DNA from: Nitrosopumilus sp.
GTDB lineage: Archaea > Thermoproteota > Nitrososphaeria > Nitrososphaerales > Nitrosopumilaceae
Reading direction: 5' to 3'
DNA: 64,000 nt
Assembly: GCA_965218695.1 (NCBI GenBank)
Contig: OZ244651.1
Location: 800,001-864,000 of the forward strand
Of this stretch, positions 1 to 9,915 are shown one piece after another. Position 1 is the first letter of the stretch, and every line of letters begins with the position of its first letter. The notes beneath the pieces were generated by a model. That model made no database searches. It was not told where the DNA came from and worked only from the letters and a program-made list of their open reading frames with translations. The position numbers were made by a program, and so were the translations under genes.

Positions 1-33
1 GCACCCAAGAAAAAGGAGGATGTTAAGGAGTAA
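1..33 (+). CDS. C-terminal end of upstream gene, probably 50S ribosomal protein L24 (partial)
   Basis: Reads APKKKEDVKE-TAA, and the stop overlaps the S4e ATG. The identity comes only from the conserved L24-S4e-L5 gene order. Confidence 0.55.
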   Translation, partial: APKKKEDVKE

Positions 34-749
34 TGGTAAGCATATCAGGCAGCAAGAAGCTCAAGCGCCAGATGGCGCCGCAGTTCTGGGGAATTGAAAG
101 AAAGAACAAGAGGTTTGTAATTACTGTCAGGCCCGGCTCGCACGGCAAGAACCACTCTGTTCCCACCGCAGTGTTTCTCAGGGATGTCCTGAAGATCGTA
201 ACAAACCTGAGGGAGGCAAAGACTGCAATATACTCAGGCAAGGTCAAAGTCGACGGCGTGGTAAGAAAGTCACTCCATCACTCCATCGGTCTGATGGACG
301 TGGTGGAACTGGAGAACGTCTCACAGATATACCGCATGGTTCCAACCGAAACAAAGCTGCTAAGGCCAGTGGAGATAAGCGATTCGGAAAAGACAAAGAA
401 GCTCGTACATGTGACCAGCAAGACTACCATTAACGGCGGAAGAACGCAGATCGGATTCCATGACGGGCGTAGTGTGATAACTGATGTCAAGATAAATGTC
501 GGGGATACGTGCCTGATGCAGATACCGGATCAGAAGATTCTCAAGGTCATACCCCTGAAGGCAGGCTGCCAGGTGCTGGTGACGCGCGGAATAAACTCCG
601 GACAGACAGGCATGGTGGAGACCGTCGAGGCAGGAACATTCATCCTTCCAAAGAGGGTTACGCTTGCATTCCAGGACAGAAAGATAGAGATTCCTGCAGG
701 GATTATAATGCCGGTCGGAACAAAGGAGCCTGTAATTCAGATAAAGTGA
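33..749 (+). CDS. rps4e: 30S ribosomal protein S4e
   Basis: KLKRQMAPQFW..PGSH N-terminus, S4 domain (GKVKVDGVVRK) and KOW region; operon context. Confidence 0.97.
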   Translation: MVSISGSKKLKRQMAPQFWGIERKNKRFVITVRPGSHGKNHSVPTAVFLRDVLKIVTNLREAKTAIYSGKVKVDGVVRKSLHHSIGLMDVVELENVSQIYRMVPTETKLLRPVEISDSEKTKKLVHVTSKTTINGGRTQIGFHDGRSVITDVKINVGDTCLMQIPDQKILKVIPLKAGCQVLVTRGINSGQTGMVETVEAGTFILPKRVTLAFQDRKIEIPAGIIMPVGTKEPVIQIK

Positions 750-753
750 TCAC

Positions 754-1275
754 ATGTCCCAGCAAACAGAGTCCGTAATGAAAAAGATATACCTTGAAAA
801 GGTGGTGCTCAACATGGGCGTTGGACGCTCAGGGGATGCCATCACCATTGCCCAGAAGGCACTAGGCCAGATATCCGGCAAAAAGTCATGCGTGCGCAAC
901 GCAAAAGAGGCCCAGAGGGACTGGGGGGTAAGAAAGGGCGAGCCCATAGGGGCATCAGTCACCATCCGCGGGGATGATGCGCGTGCTCTCTTGGTCAGGC
1001 TCATGGAGGCAAAGGGGAATGTCGTTAACGGCCGTTCCTTTGATGGCTTTGGCAACTACTCGTTTGGAATACACGAACACATTGACATTCCAGGGGTAAA
1101 ATACGAGCCGCAGATCGGCATACTGGGACTCGGGGTGTCCGTTGCGCTGGCAAGGCCAGGATACAGCATCAGGAAGAGGAGCAAGCACAAGGCAAGCGTT
1201 GGCAAGGCGCATGCAATATCTGCCCAGGAGGCAAAAGATTATCTAGCCAGAGAGTTTGGAGTGACAGTGGAATAA
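754..1275 (+). CDS. rpl5: 50S ribosomal protein L5
   Basis: EKVVLNMGVG, WGVRKGEPIG and GNYSFGIHEHIDIPG motifs. Confidence 0.97.
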   Translation: MSQQTESVMKKIYLEKVVLNMGVGRSGDAITIAQKALGQISGKKSCVRNAKEAQRDWGVRKGEPIGASVTIRGDDARALLVRLMEAKGNVVNGRSFDGFGNYSFGIHEHIDIPGVKYEPQIGILGLGVSVALARPGYSIRKRSKHKASVGKAHAISAQEAKDYLAREFGVTVE

Positions 1276-1454
1276 TGGCAAAAGACAGATCATACGAGTT
1301 TACTGGAAGAAAAAAGCACGATTTTGGAAGGGGTTCGCGATGGTGCAAGAGGTGCGGCGACTATACTGCCGTTATTCAAAAGTATGATCTGATGCTGTGC
1401 AGGCGGTGCTTTAGGGAGGTTGCAGTGTCCCTGGGATTCAGGAAGAACAGGTGA
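1275..1454 (+). CDS. rps14: 30S ribosomal protein S14 (zinc-binding type; 59 aa, below the ORF-track cutoff)
   Basis: Manual translation gives MAKDRSYEFTGRKKHDFGRGSRWCKRCG...LMLCRRCFREVAVSLGFRKNR; two CxxC pairs; lies between L5 and S8. Confidence 0.95.
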   Translation: MAKDRSYEFTGRKKHDFGRGSRWCKRCGDYTAVIQKYDLMLCRRCFREVAVSLGFRKNR

Positions 1455-1460
1455 GTATGG

Positions 1461-1853
1461 ATGCCGGCAAAGAACATCTTGGCAAACCTGTTTGTCACGC
1501 TGTACAACAACGAGACCCGAAGAAAGAGGGAGTGCACCATACTGCCCACATCAAAACTCGGCGTCGAGGTGCTAAGAACGCTCCAAAAGGACGGATACAT
1601 CGGGGAGTTTGAGTACGTCGAGGACATGAGGGGCGGAAAGTTCAAGATAAAGCTGCTGGCAAAGATTACAAAATGCGGATCCATATCGCCACGCTTCAAG
1701 GTCAAAAACGACGAGTTTAACAGATGGGAGCAGCAGTACCTGCCGGCATACAACAGGGGGATGCTTCTGGTTACGACCAATCAGGGAGTGATGTCGCACC
1801 ACGAGGCCGTGCGGAATGGAATTGGAGGGTTTCTGATAGGATATGTCTACTAA
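1461..1853 (+). CDS. rps8: 30S ribosomal protein S8
   Basis: GYIGEFEY, CGSISPRF and TTNQGVMSH motifs. Confidence 0.97.
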   Translation: MPAKNILANLFVTLYNNETRRKRECTILPTSKLGVEVLRTLQKDGYIGEFEYVEDMRGGKFKIKLLAKITKCGSISPRFKVKNDEFNRWEQQYLPAYNRGMLLVTTNQGVMSHHEAVRNGIGGFLIGYVY

Positions 1854-2397
1854 GCAGGCCGAAAAGTTCCAAGACGAGGTGGCCATTCCCGAGGGGGTCC
1901 GCGTCACGCTAAACAGGCACATGCTGGGATTTGAAGGGCCCCTTGGAAAGACATTCAAGAGCTTTCGCAGAATTCCAGTCGCCATCGAGGTTACGCCCGA
2001 GAAGATCCTTCTCAAGGCCACCGGGTTTAGAAAGAGGGACTATTCCATACTGCACACGGCAAGATCAATCATCAGAAACATATGCGAGGGGTTGGTAACA
2101 GGGTATACTGTCAGGATGAAGGTTGTCTTTGCGCACTTTCCGGTAATCGTACGGGTGGACGGCAAGCAGATAATCATTGAGAACTTTCAGGGAGAGAGGG
2201 CGCCAAGAGTCACGCACATAGTCGGGGACACAAAGGTCGTTCCCAAGGGGGACGATGTTGTGCTTACCGGTTACGTCTGGACCGATGTGACGCAGACTGC
2301 TGCAAACATCGAACTGAAGACCAAGGTCAAGAACAAGGATCACAGGGTCTTTCTTGACGGCATATACGTGTACGAAAAGAAGAAGGGCCTAGACTGA
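1843..2397 (+). CDS. rpl6: 50S ribosomal protein L6
   Basis: VFAHFP, ENFQGE and KDHRVFLDGIYVY motifs. Confidence 0.97.
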   Translation: MSTKQAEKFQDEVAIPEGVRVTLNRHMLGFEGPLGKTFKSFRRIPVAIEVTPEKILLKATGFRKRDYSILHTARSIIRNICEGLVTGYTVRMKVVFAHFPVIVRVDGKQIIIENFQGERAPRVTHIVGDTKVVPKGDDVVLTGYVWTDVTQTAANIELKTKVKNKDHRVFLDGIYVYEKKKGLD

Positions 2398-2404
2398 TTG
2401 ACAG

Positions 2405-2692
2405 ATGGCGCTTGATGCAGAATTTGCAAAGCAGACCACCGAACTAATCAACCAGACTTTGGAGCTGTACAAGAGTGCGGGCGCATCCCCGAGGGTTGGC
2501 GACATCTGGAAGTGTCAGAACGTGGGTGATTTTCTGTGCGGCTTTTTTGTAGGCGAGATGGTGGGTTCTGCGCTCAGTGCGTTTCAGATAGTCCACAAGA
2601 GGGAGCCCACCGCAGACGAGCACATGGAGATAGTGGGTCTGGTAGAGCAGCATGCAGGGGAGATTCAGGCGTTCTTTGCCAGGTTCAACTAG
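2405..2692 (+). CDS. conserved hypothetical protein
   Basis: Clean 95-aa ORF directly after rpl6 with host-like codon usage. Confidence 0.8.
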   Translation: MALDAEFAKQTTELINQTLELYKSAGASPRVGDIWKCQNVGDFLCGFFVGEMVGSALSAFQIVHKREPTADEHMEIVGLVEQHAGEIQAFFARFN

Positions 2693-2735
2693 AGTCGTAA
2701 GGATTAAATCACTTCTCAGAATCTGAAAGGCTGTT

Positions 2736-2812
2736 GCCGCCCTAGCTCAGCGTGGTAGAGCATCCGACTGTTAATCGGACGGTCGTCAGTTCAAGTCTGA
2801 TGGGCGGCGCCA
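2736..2812 (+). tRNA. tRNA-Asn(GTT), CCA encoded
   Basis: Acceptor stem GCCGCCC/GGGCGGC, anticodon arm TCCGA-CTGTTAA-TCGGA, T-loop GTTCAAG, 3' GCCA followed by a T-run. Confidence 0.96.
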
Positions 2813-2945
2813 TTTTTGGTATCGGTGTGACCAAACGGGTCGGTGCATGAGCGGCGCGTATTTGGAGACACGACGTGCAAGATGACAGGCGCGTGCGGGA
2901 TAGAGAACCGGGGTTGCCGGAGTCAGGTTTATTTGGTATGGTCTG

Positions 2946-4283
2946 ATGGGATCTTTGTTGAAGCGCGCCGTCATGATTGCAATTGGGGTTGCCCTGCTCA
3001 TTGCAGCCGGACTGACGGCCATCTCTACCCAAGACAATCAGACTGTCGATGTGCCCACGGAAGATGTCCAGAGCACGGATGGTGCCGTTGACTTTGAGGG
3101 TTCGGTATGGTTCAGCCTGATTGAATCCACTTATGACGAACGGACCCTGTACAACAACCATACCAAGATGTCATTCAATCTTGCCATAGAGGATTTTAAC
3201 GCATACCTGTCTGAAAAGAATGCCGCGTGGGACATAATCCCCCAGGTGAGGTCGTTTGACGAGAATCCGACAGAGGCGCTGGATGTGATCTACGCCGAAG
3301 GCAGGGTGCTTTTAGATGAACTGGCCGATGAACTAGATGACGAGCCACAACGTGATCCGTTCCAGGCATTTGTGCTTGGCCCCACCACCAGCAACCAGGT
3401 TGCAGATATCATGGAATATGTCCAAGATCATGACATGCTGGTGATATCGCATTCAAGCACCGCCCCGTCACTGGCCATACAGGATAGAATATTCAGGTTT
3501 ACACCCGATGACACCAAGCAGGCCGATGCCACGGCAGCTGCCATGAACGACATGGGGATACGGGTGGTGGTTCCAATATACATCGACAACATATGGGGCG
3601 CGGAGCTGTACGGTGCCGTGTCTGAGACGTTTGGCGCAGCCGGAGGCATGATGGACGAGGGCATTACGTATGATCCCGACACCAGGGATTTTTCAGAGCA
3701 GGCACTGGTGCTGTCCGAGAAGATAGATGCGTATCTGGATGCAGGTTATACAGATGACCAGCTGGCCGTCCTTGCCATAGCATATGACGAGATAGTCCCG
3801 TTGTTGGAGGATGCCGGTGCGTATGGGAACCTGGCATCTGTGGTGTGGTTCGGGTCAGACTCGTCTGCAAACACCAGCCCGATTACGGACAGTCCGGCGG
3901 CGCTGGAGCTTGTAGAGCAGGTAGGCCTCATCTCGCCTTCGTACAGGATTCCGGACAATGAAAAGAGCATGCACATTCACGATATCCTGGTGGAAGCGAC
4001 CGGAGTCTCGCCCAACAGCCACGTATACTCGGTGTATGATGCCGTCTGGGTATACGGACTCACCATAGAACAGGGCGGTACCCTGCAGGTTGATATTCTC
4101 AAGGACCTGTTGCCTGAGGTGGCAGCCGGTTACAGCGGCGCATTGGGCTCGACTGAGCTGAACGATGCAGGAGACCTGGCAAGTGCCGATTACGAGCTGT
4201 TCTGGATTCATGACGGGGAGTGGCAGACATACGGGATTTATGATGCCTCGGCAGATGAGTTCACAAAAGATTCCAGTGATTGA
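2946..4283 (+). CDS. ABC transporter substrate-binding protein, LivJ/branched-chain amino acid (PBP1) family
   Basis: N-terminal hydrophobic anchor; LGPTTS, SSTAPSL, FRFTPDD and YDAVW motifs; LNDAGDL near the C-terminus. Confidence 0.88.
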   Translation: MGSLLKRAVMIAIGVALLIAAGLTAISTQDNQTVDVPTEDVQSTDGAVDFEGSVWFSLIESTYDERTLYNNHTKMSFNLAIEDFNAYLSEKNAAWDIIPQVRSFDENPTEALDVIYAEGRVLLDELADELDDEPQRDPFQAFVLGPTTSNQVADIMEYVQDHDMLVISHSSTAPSLAIQDRIFRFTPDDTKQADATAAAMNDMGIRVVVPIYIDNIWGAELYGAVSETFGAAGGMMDEGITYDPDTRDFSEQALVLSEKIDAYLDAGYTDDQLAVLAIAYDEIVPLLEDAGAYGNLASVVWFGSDSSANTSPITDSPAALELVEQVGLISPSYRIPDNEKSMHIHDILVEATGVSPNSHVYSVYDAVWVYGLTIEQGGTLQVDILKDLLPEVAAGYSGALGSTELNDAGDLASADYELFWIHDGEWQTYGIYDASADEFTKDSSD

Positions 4284-4511
4284 TGCCTGCCGGTTTCATT
4301 TTTGTGGAGGTTTGGCGTCAAGAACTGCCCGGTGTTGATGCCAAGGAATGATTCTGGGACCCAAACACCTGTCAGCGTCTGCATATTCAAGTTCCACTCA
4401 TGTACGAGTATGGATGGTTTTGCAGACAGCCGTATCTGGTGCATCATGTTGCCATACGTGTACAAAATGGATTCCCTTTGATCATGGGTAACTGGCATGT
4501 CCGGCAGTCAG

Positions 4512-6185
4512 TCAGTTGCGGTGGCTCGCCCTTTTGCAGACTGCACGGATTGCCAGGTATGGCCCGGTCACATAAATGCCGGCAATGGCTCCTATTGAGA
4601 GCATGCCAAAGACCAGTACCGAGACCTCAGAGCCCGGATCCGCAAGTGTCATGATGTTCATGGTGTACAGGCCAGGTGTGATTAATGCCAGTACGGCATC
4701 CCTGAAGACGGGGTTCTCTCTTTCAAGGTCTGCAATTGCAGGCGAGAAGGAGTAGTAGACCTGGTTGAATCCGGTCATGAATGATGCTCCGGATGTAGTG
4801 GAGAGCAGTGTGTTATCCCTGATTTCACGGAGGAACTGGACCTGTGGTGCAAGCTCGCTACCGTATGTGGCAGTAGCAATCAGACAGCCGCCTGTCTCAT
4901 CAGATATGGGCGTAACAGTATCATCATCCTTCATGGCATCATCATCATCATCATCCTTCATGGCATCATCATCATCATCCTTCATGGCATCCAAGGTTAT
5001 TGAATCGGTGGCCGAAAAGTACACGCCCCTCAGAACCCACTGATCATCCACTATGTGCCAGATGTCATAGTCGGTCTGGGCAAGATCTCCTGCAGCGTTG
5101 AGTTTTGTGGAGCCGAGTGCTCCGATGTGCTCTTCTGCGATAAGTGGAATTTGGGCAGTAAGTGCATCAACATCCATGCCCTGTGTCTTCTCTATTGCAA
5201 GTCCGGCCAGCCACACTGCGTCATAGGTGGAACTGGCATAACTGCTTGGCTCACGGCCAAGTACGTCCTTTACACCCTCGTTTACACGGTCGCTGAATTC
5301 ATTTTTGCCTGATGCTACCTGAACTGTGGAGAATTCCGTACTGGTAACAAACTGTAACGCTATTGGGTCCTCTAGTAGTTCAGGATCCCTGGAATGTGGA
5401 TCCGCGCCAAACCACTGTACCTGTGGAAGTATCTCATATTCTGCTGCAGACTGCATAAAGATTGCTATCTCACCAAATCCCATGAACAGCACACCGACCT
5501 TGTCAGTGTCTGAGCGGTCTACTGCTGACTGAACCTGGTCTGCAACAAGGGACGAGGGTACTGAGAATTCGGTAGTCTCTGGGTCGTAGCCAAGACCGTC
5601 ATCCATTTCACCGCCAATGTCGATAAATGCCGCTCTGGCCGACTTTGCAAGTTCAGAGCCCCATGCGTCTTCCCTCCATACCGGGACTGCAATCTCGATT
5701 CCTGCATCGGCCATGAGTCGTGCAAGTACAACTCCCTGGTTGGTGTCATCAGGGGACATCCTGAATATGCGGTCGCCCTCGATTGCAAGGAGTGGTGACG
5801 TGGAACAGCAGCTGATTGCAACCATGTCACTGTTGTCAACATACCCTTTGATGTTTTGGAGGATGCCGGCAACCATCACATTGATGCCCTTTGCATGCAG
5901 TGCCCGGACCTTTTCGAGTGTCATTGCCGGCTGTGTCTGGGAGTCCTCAATGATCATCACAAGGGACCAGTCTGCTCCCTTGTCTGCCAGATACTGGTTA
6001 AAGTCGATTATTGCGAGTTTGGCTGCCTCGCGGTTCTCCTCTCCGTGGTTTGAGACACCACCGCTGATTGGCTGAAGCAGGCCTATATTGACTTCACCGG
6101 ACAGTTCAGCAGATGCAGATTGAGAGAATGTGCCGATCCCCAGCACGCTGATCGTGACAACTGCAATAATCGCGTATGAATTCAT
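4512..6185 (-). CDS. LivJ-type ABC substrate-binding protein with C-terminal CFI-box-CTERM-like domain
   Basis: Signal peptide; STSPLL and FRMSPDD motifs; Asp-rich linker; GGCLIATATYGSELAPQVQFLREIRD followed by a TM helix. Confidence 0.88.
   Translation of the reverse strand: MNSYAIIAVVTISVLGIGTFSQSASAELSGEVNIGLLQPISGGVSNHGEENREAAKLAIIDFNQYLADKGADWSLVMIIEDSQTQPAMTLEKVRALHAKGINVMVAGILQNIKGYVDNSDMVAISCCSTSPLLAIEGDRIFRMSPDDTNQGVVLARLMADAGIEIAVPVWREDAWGSELAKSARAAFIDIGGEMDDGLGYDPETTEFSVPSSLVADQVQSAVDRSDTDKVGVLFMGFGEIAIFMQSAAEYEILPQVQWFGADPHSRDPELLEDPIALQFVTSTEFSTVQVASGKNEFSDRVNEGVKDVLGREPSSYASSTYDAVWLAGLAIEKTQGMDVDALTAQIPLIAEEHIGALGSTKLNAAGDLAQTDYDIWHIVDDQWVLRGVYFSATDSITLDAMKDDDDDAMKDDDDDDAMKDDDTVTPISDETGGCLIATATYGSELAPQVQFLREIRDNTLLSTTSGASFMTGFNQVYYSFSPAIADLERENPVFRDAVLALITPGLYTMNIMTLADPGSEVSVLVFGMLSIGAIAGIYVTGPYLAIRAVCKRASHRN
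4921..4991 (-). repeat. coding tandem repeat (AMKDDDDD) x3 with variable GAT count
   Basis: The unit tcatcatcc-ttcatggca repeats three times with 5, 6 and 3 Asp codons. Confidence 0.85.
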
Positions 6186-6231
6186 GATAAATTTTAAGTA
6201 TGCAGACTAATATAAGAATTTCAAGGTATTC

Positions 6232-7594
6232 AACTTTGTTTCCTAATTATGAACCAGAGACACCCGTCTGTACAATACTGCCTATGTCATCGTCCTGCAT
6301 CCCCTCCATTTCCTGCCGTCCTTGATTCGGGTCTGTAGACTTGTACGATCCTTGGCGTGCCGTACCCGTTGTCAATGGCAGTATCGATCATCTGGTTGTA
6401 CAGCTGCACCTTTCCGTATATCTCGGCCTTGACGTTCTCCCATTTTCGGGCGCTTATGCACTCGCCCAACACCCGCTTGAACGTGGAGAATGTAATCTCG
6501 GCTGACCACCGCTGGTTGTACCCGGACTCCTCGCGCCACGCCTTCTGGAATTCCCTTTTCTGTTCACGCGAAAGGCCGGCAAACTCGCGCTCGGCCGTCT
6601 TGTCAATGTGGTCCATCCCCCCAAGCTGTTCGAATCCGGCCTTCTTGCGGGGCATGCACCCTTTTGCCTTTCCGGCAAAGTTTATGCGGACTGGAATCAG
6701 CGGGGAGATGCCGCGATCGTCACAGTACCTGTGGATCTTCCTGGCGTCGTACGCGCCGTCGGCTGCCACCCTGGTGCCTGCAGACGTGTCTGCGCTTGGT
6801 GATTTTTCTGCGTTTGCAAAGGCCTGCTCCGCCAGTTCCTCAAACTGCGGAGAGTCCCCGCACCTGTCGTCAGTGATTGCCACGGCGTAGATCTTTTTGG
6901 TCTTGGCGTCCACGCCGACGTGCATCTTTATGAACCCGCGCCGGGTCCCCCACTTTGCCGTCATCCAGTCGCCGCGGTTTGTGGGCTTGAGCCCCGTGGA
7001 GTCAAATGCAAACAGGCTGATCTCTGTTCTGGCGCCGCCGTCTGAAAACCACACCGAAGTCGTGTTGCCGGCACCCTTCTCGTCAAAGGTGCAGCCAAGC
7101 TTGGCAATCCTCTTCTGGAATGCCGAGTACGTGGGTGAGTTTTCCTTGCCAACCACGGTCTCTGCCAGGCCCTGGAGCTGCCTGTACCTGATGCCGGTGG
7201 CATTCCTGAACAGGAACGCTGCTGCAAAGCACGCGTTTGAGAACACGTACGGGTGGCCGACCTTTCCGCTGTTTAGCTTCTCCACGTCCCGCGTCAGGAT
7301 CTCCTGGTTTATCTGGAGGGACCACAGCTGACCGCGGTCTATGTACCTGCGGTCATCGTACCGGAACCTGCGCCCTTCTGATTTGAAAGATTTTTTAGCG
7401 TCATGCGTGCCCGTCTTGTCTGGAGATGGCGTGTTTTCAGTCATGGTTGTTGGCCTGACTGTCTGCACGCCTCTCTGATCAATACAGTTTTCTATTGAAA
7501 GTGTTTGACACGGTATTCAAATTCGTCTGGGCTGACTGACTGACATGACTCTGGAAGAGTTAGGCGTGGTTGAAGATAATTAGGAAACAAAGTT
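6232..7594 (-). mobile_element. IS5-family insertion sequence, complete
   Basis: Perfect 19-bp TIR AACTTTGTTTCCTAATTAT (6232-6250 / 7576-7594); 9-bp TSD AAGGTATTC (6223-6231, 7595-7603). Confidence 0.93.
6287..7468 (-). CDS. IS5-family DDE transposase (DDE_Tnp_1)
   Basis: AFDSTGL, KMHVGVD, AADGAYD and YNQRWSAEITFSTFK motifs. Confidence 0.92.
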   Translation of the reverse strand: MQTVRPTTMTENTPSPDKTGTHDAKKSFKSEGRRFRYDDRRYIDRGQLWSLQINQEILTRDVEKLNSGKVGHPYVFSNACFAAAFLFRNATGIRYRQLQGLAETVVGKENSPTYSAFQKRIAKLGCTFDEKGAGNTTSVWFSDGGARTEISLFAFDSTGLKPTNRGDWMTAKWGTRRGFIKMHVGVDAKTKKIYAVAITDDRCGDSPQFEELAEQAFANAEKSPSADTSAGTRVAADGAYDARKIHRYCDDRGISPLIPVRINFAGKAKGCMPRKKAGFEQLGGMDHIDKTAEREFAGLSREQKREFQKAWREESGYNQRWSAEITFSTFKRVLGECISARKWENVKAEIYGKVQLYNQMIDTAIDNGYGTPRIVQVYRPESRTAGNGGDAGR

Positions 7595-7608
7595 AAGGTA
7601 TTCGGGAG

Positions 7609-7848
7609 GTATATTCGGTGTATGATGTGGTCTGGATATATGGGCTTACCATAGAACAGGGCAGTACCCTGCAAGTGGATGTCCTCAAGGACATACTGCC
7701 CGAGGCGGCATCAGGGTACAGCGGTGCGTTGGGCCCGACTGAGCTGAACGATGCAGGGGATCTTGCAAGTGCCGATTACGAGCTGTTCTGGATTCAGGAC
7801 GGGGGGTGGAAGACATACGGGGCAGGTGTTCTCCAAACATTCTCTTGA
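7609..7848 (+). pseudogene. orphan 3' fragment of a LivJ-type binding-protein gene
   Basis: Close copy of about 4024-4234 (YSVYDxVWIYGLTIEQG...ADYELFWIxDGxW); no 5' part is present. Confidence 0.85.
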
Positions 7849-7902
7849 ATGCGGAAAACACAATCTCTACTATTCATCTCTTGTCATATTCAACTTGAGT
7901 CT

Positions 7903-8975
7903 CTATTGTACCGAAATTAGGTCGTCCTAATTTTAGGCGTACTGCAAAGGAATACTTTGCCCTCTACCGATCAAGAAAATCGTTGACAAGACGTCTGACT
8001 GCAAAGACGATTAGATATGCAGTCACCCAATGCAGGAAAGGCCAAAAGACGTCCCAGATTGCCAAAGAGATAGGAGTCTCACAAAGACACGTCCAGCGAC
8101 TGTACGTCAGGTTCTGCAGGACAGAATCCCACCACGCCCCGATGTCCGCGGGAAGAAAAATCATACCGGCCACAGAAGACGAAATACGGCGGGTTCTGGA
8201 CATGCACGCACAAGAACCGGTAGGCGTGCTGCGTACGGTAGCGAACCTCAAGACAGACTGTGATATAAGTTACAGGCGGGCATACAGGATCATGAAGGAG
8301 CATGGCCTGGTAACGCCCTCTGCTGCAAAGTCAAAGAAGCGAAAATGGGTACGCTTTGAGAGGAGATACTCGAATGCGATGTGGCATATCGACTGGCACG
8401 TCATGAAGGATCCGCGCTTCAGGGGACTCAACCTGATTACGTACCTGGATGACTCCTCCAGATGCATAGCAGCAGCACAGCTGTTCACCGAGGCCACCTC
8501 GGAGAACGCGGTGGCCGTGCTGCGAAAGGCAATCGAGACGTTTGGAGTCCCTGCCACCATACTGTCTGACAACGGCTCGTGCTTTGTAGGCGCTGCAGGC
8601 AGGCACAAGAAAGGAAAAGACGGCCGGAGAAGAAAGGCACCTGCCGGTTCATGGCAACCCACAGTCTTTGAGGCCGAGCTGCTGGACCGCGGAATCGAGC
8701 TGATAAACGCCAGGCCGTACCATCCCCAGACCAACGGCAAGCTGGAGAGGTTCCATCGCAGCATAGAAGAAGAGATTTACCACTACGAGTCGCTGTCAGA
8801 CTATGTCCAATATTATAATGAGCGAAGGCTACACTTTTCACTTGACATGGCAAACCGTGAGACGCCGCTCAGGGCGTTTTCTGCAAGAAAGGCCACAGAT
8901 GCGATCAGGAAAGACAACCCCAAATGGATGGAGATGGACACAGATGAGTAGGCGACATTATTTCGGTATACTATA
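7903..8975 (+). mobile_element. IS481-family insertion sequence
   Basis: Imperfect IR TGTACCGAAATTAGGTCG / CGACATTATTTCGGTATA; flanked by the 17-bp direct repeat ATATTCAACTTGAGTCT (7886-7902, 8976-8992). Confidence 0.85.
7983..8951 (+). CDS. IS481-family transposase (HTH + rve integrase core)
   Basis: MWHIDW, YLDDSSR, ILSDNG and PYHPQTNGKLERFH motifs. Confidence 0.92.
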   Translation: MTRRLTAKTIRYAVTQCRKGQKTSQIAKEIGVSQRHVQRLYVRFCRTESHHAPMSAGRKIIPATEDEIRRVLDMHAQEPVGVLRTVANLKTDCDISYRRAYRIMKEHGLVTPSAAKSKKRKWVRFERRYSNAMWHIDWHVMKDPRFRGLNLITYLDDSSRCIAAAQLFTEATSENAVAVLRKAIETFGVPATILSDNGSCFVGAAGRHKKGKDGRRRKAPAGSWQPTVFEAELLDRGIELINARPYHPQTNGKLERFHRSIEEEIYHYESLSDYVQYYNERRLHFSLDMANRETPLRAFSARKATDAIRKDNPKWMEMDTDE

Positions 8976-9079
8976 ATATTCAACTTGAGTCTTCCACTCC
9001 TTTTGATTGCTTTTCTTCTCCTCATCGGGCAAGTTGAATACGGTTTTGAGGTTGCCAATTGAGTGTTCCACCTCTACCC

Positions 9080-9170
9080 GGAGTTCTCAAGAAAACACTT
9101 GCCAGAAGACAGTTTAAAACAACAGACGAAGTTGTGGGTGCCGTCAAGAGAATAATCAACGCAGGCGACA
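9080..9170 (+). pseudogene. remnant of an IS630 transposase 3' end
   Basis: VLKKTLARRQFKTTDEVVGAVKRIINAGD nearly matches the C-terminus of the IS630 transposase at 22916-23992. Confidence 0.8.
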
Positions 9171-9322
9171 CCTCCTGTCGAACATGCTGTGCAATACGAT
9201 ACCATCTAGAAAAGACTTGCATGGCAGGGGACGGTTCATGTCTCATGATGCTTGCCAACCCACGGTACGTCGGCGAGCGTTTGTGCTCCAACTATACCAT
9301 CCTTTGGAGACCAACCAAATGA

Positions 9323-9520
9323 TTACATGTACGGTGCTGTCACGCGTGTCGGGGCTACCGATATCTCGGATGCCGTATGTTTGTGCTTGGAGAACCAGCA
9401 TTTGCCGCACACGGGCTTCTCGCAGATCGCGCAGATCTCGTGGCAGTTATGGCACATATACACGTTGCAGTTGTCGCACACACATTTTGCTTCCTCGTGA
9501 CATTTCTTGCAGTCCATCAT
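9323..9520 (-). CDS. small Cys/His-rich putative zinc-finger (B-box-like) protein
   Basis: 65 aa with five CxxC pairs, an additional Cys and an HxH motif. Confidence 0.55.
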   Translation of the reverse strand: MMDCKKCHEEAKCVCDNCNVYMCHNCHEICAICEKPVCGKCWFSKHKHTASEISVAPTRVTAPYM

Positions 9521-9915
9521 TTGAACGGACAGCCAATCACGTAAAAAAGAGTTTTTTTAAAAGTTGTTGACATCCAGTGTAATTAATGGAAACCCCGGTT
9601 GACGGCGAAGTTGACGTCCCAGAGGTATAGCATCGGGGACCAAAGACTAGGGGGTAAAAATCTTTCCCGACAGAGCATTACTTTGAACGAAGCAACATCG
9701 TACAAGAGGGGTCCTGACGGGAAAAGTTCTATTGACTGTCAGGGGCACATTATGACTGCAGAACCCAACACACACATGCGCATTTGATCGACACTGTCGG
9801 CATATGGTATTTCCAAATTCGAATTTAGGTATCTGTGTAGTTTTTTGATCAAATGTTGAACTCCATATCTACAATCAGAAAATCCGCGTCTGTCTAATTT
9901 TTTAAAACTATTTTT

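Noticed and set aside
2736-2812. tRNA-Asn as an attachment site for the IS-rich region
   Set aside because: I found no duplicated tRNA 3' end (only a 9-bp GATGGGCGG match near 24069) and no integrase.
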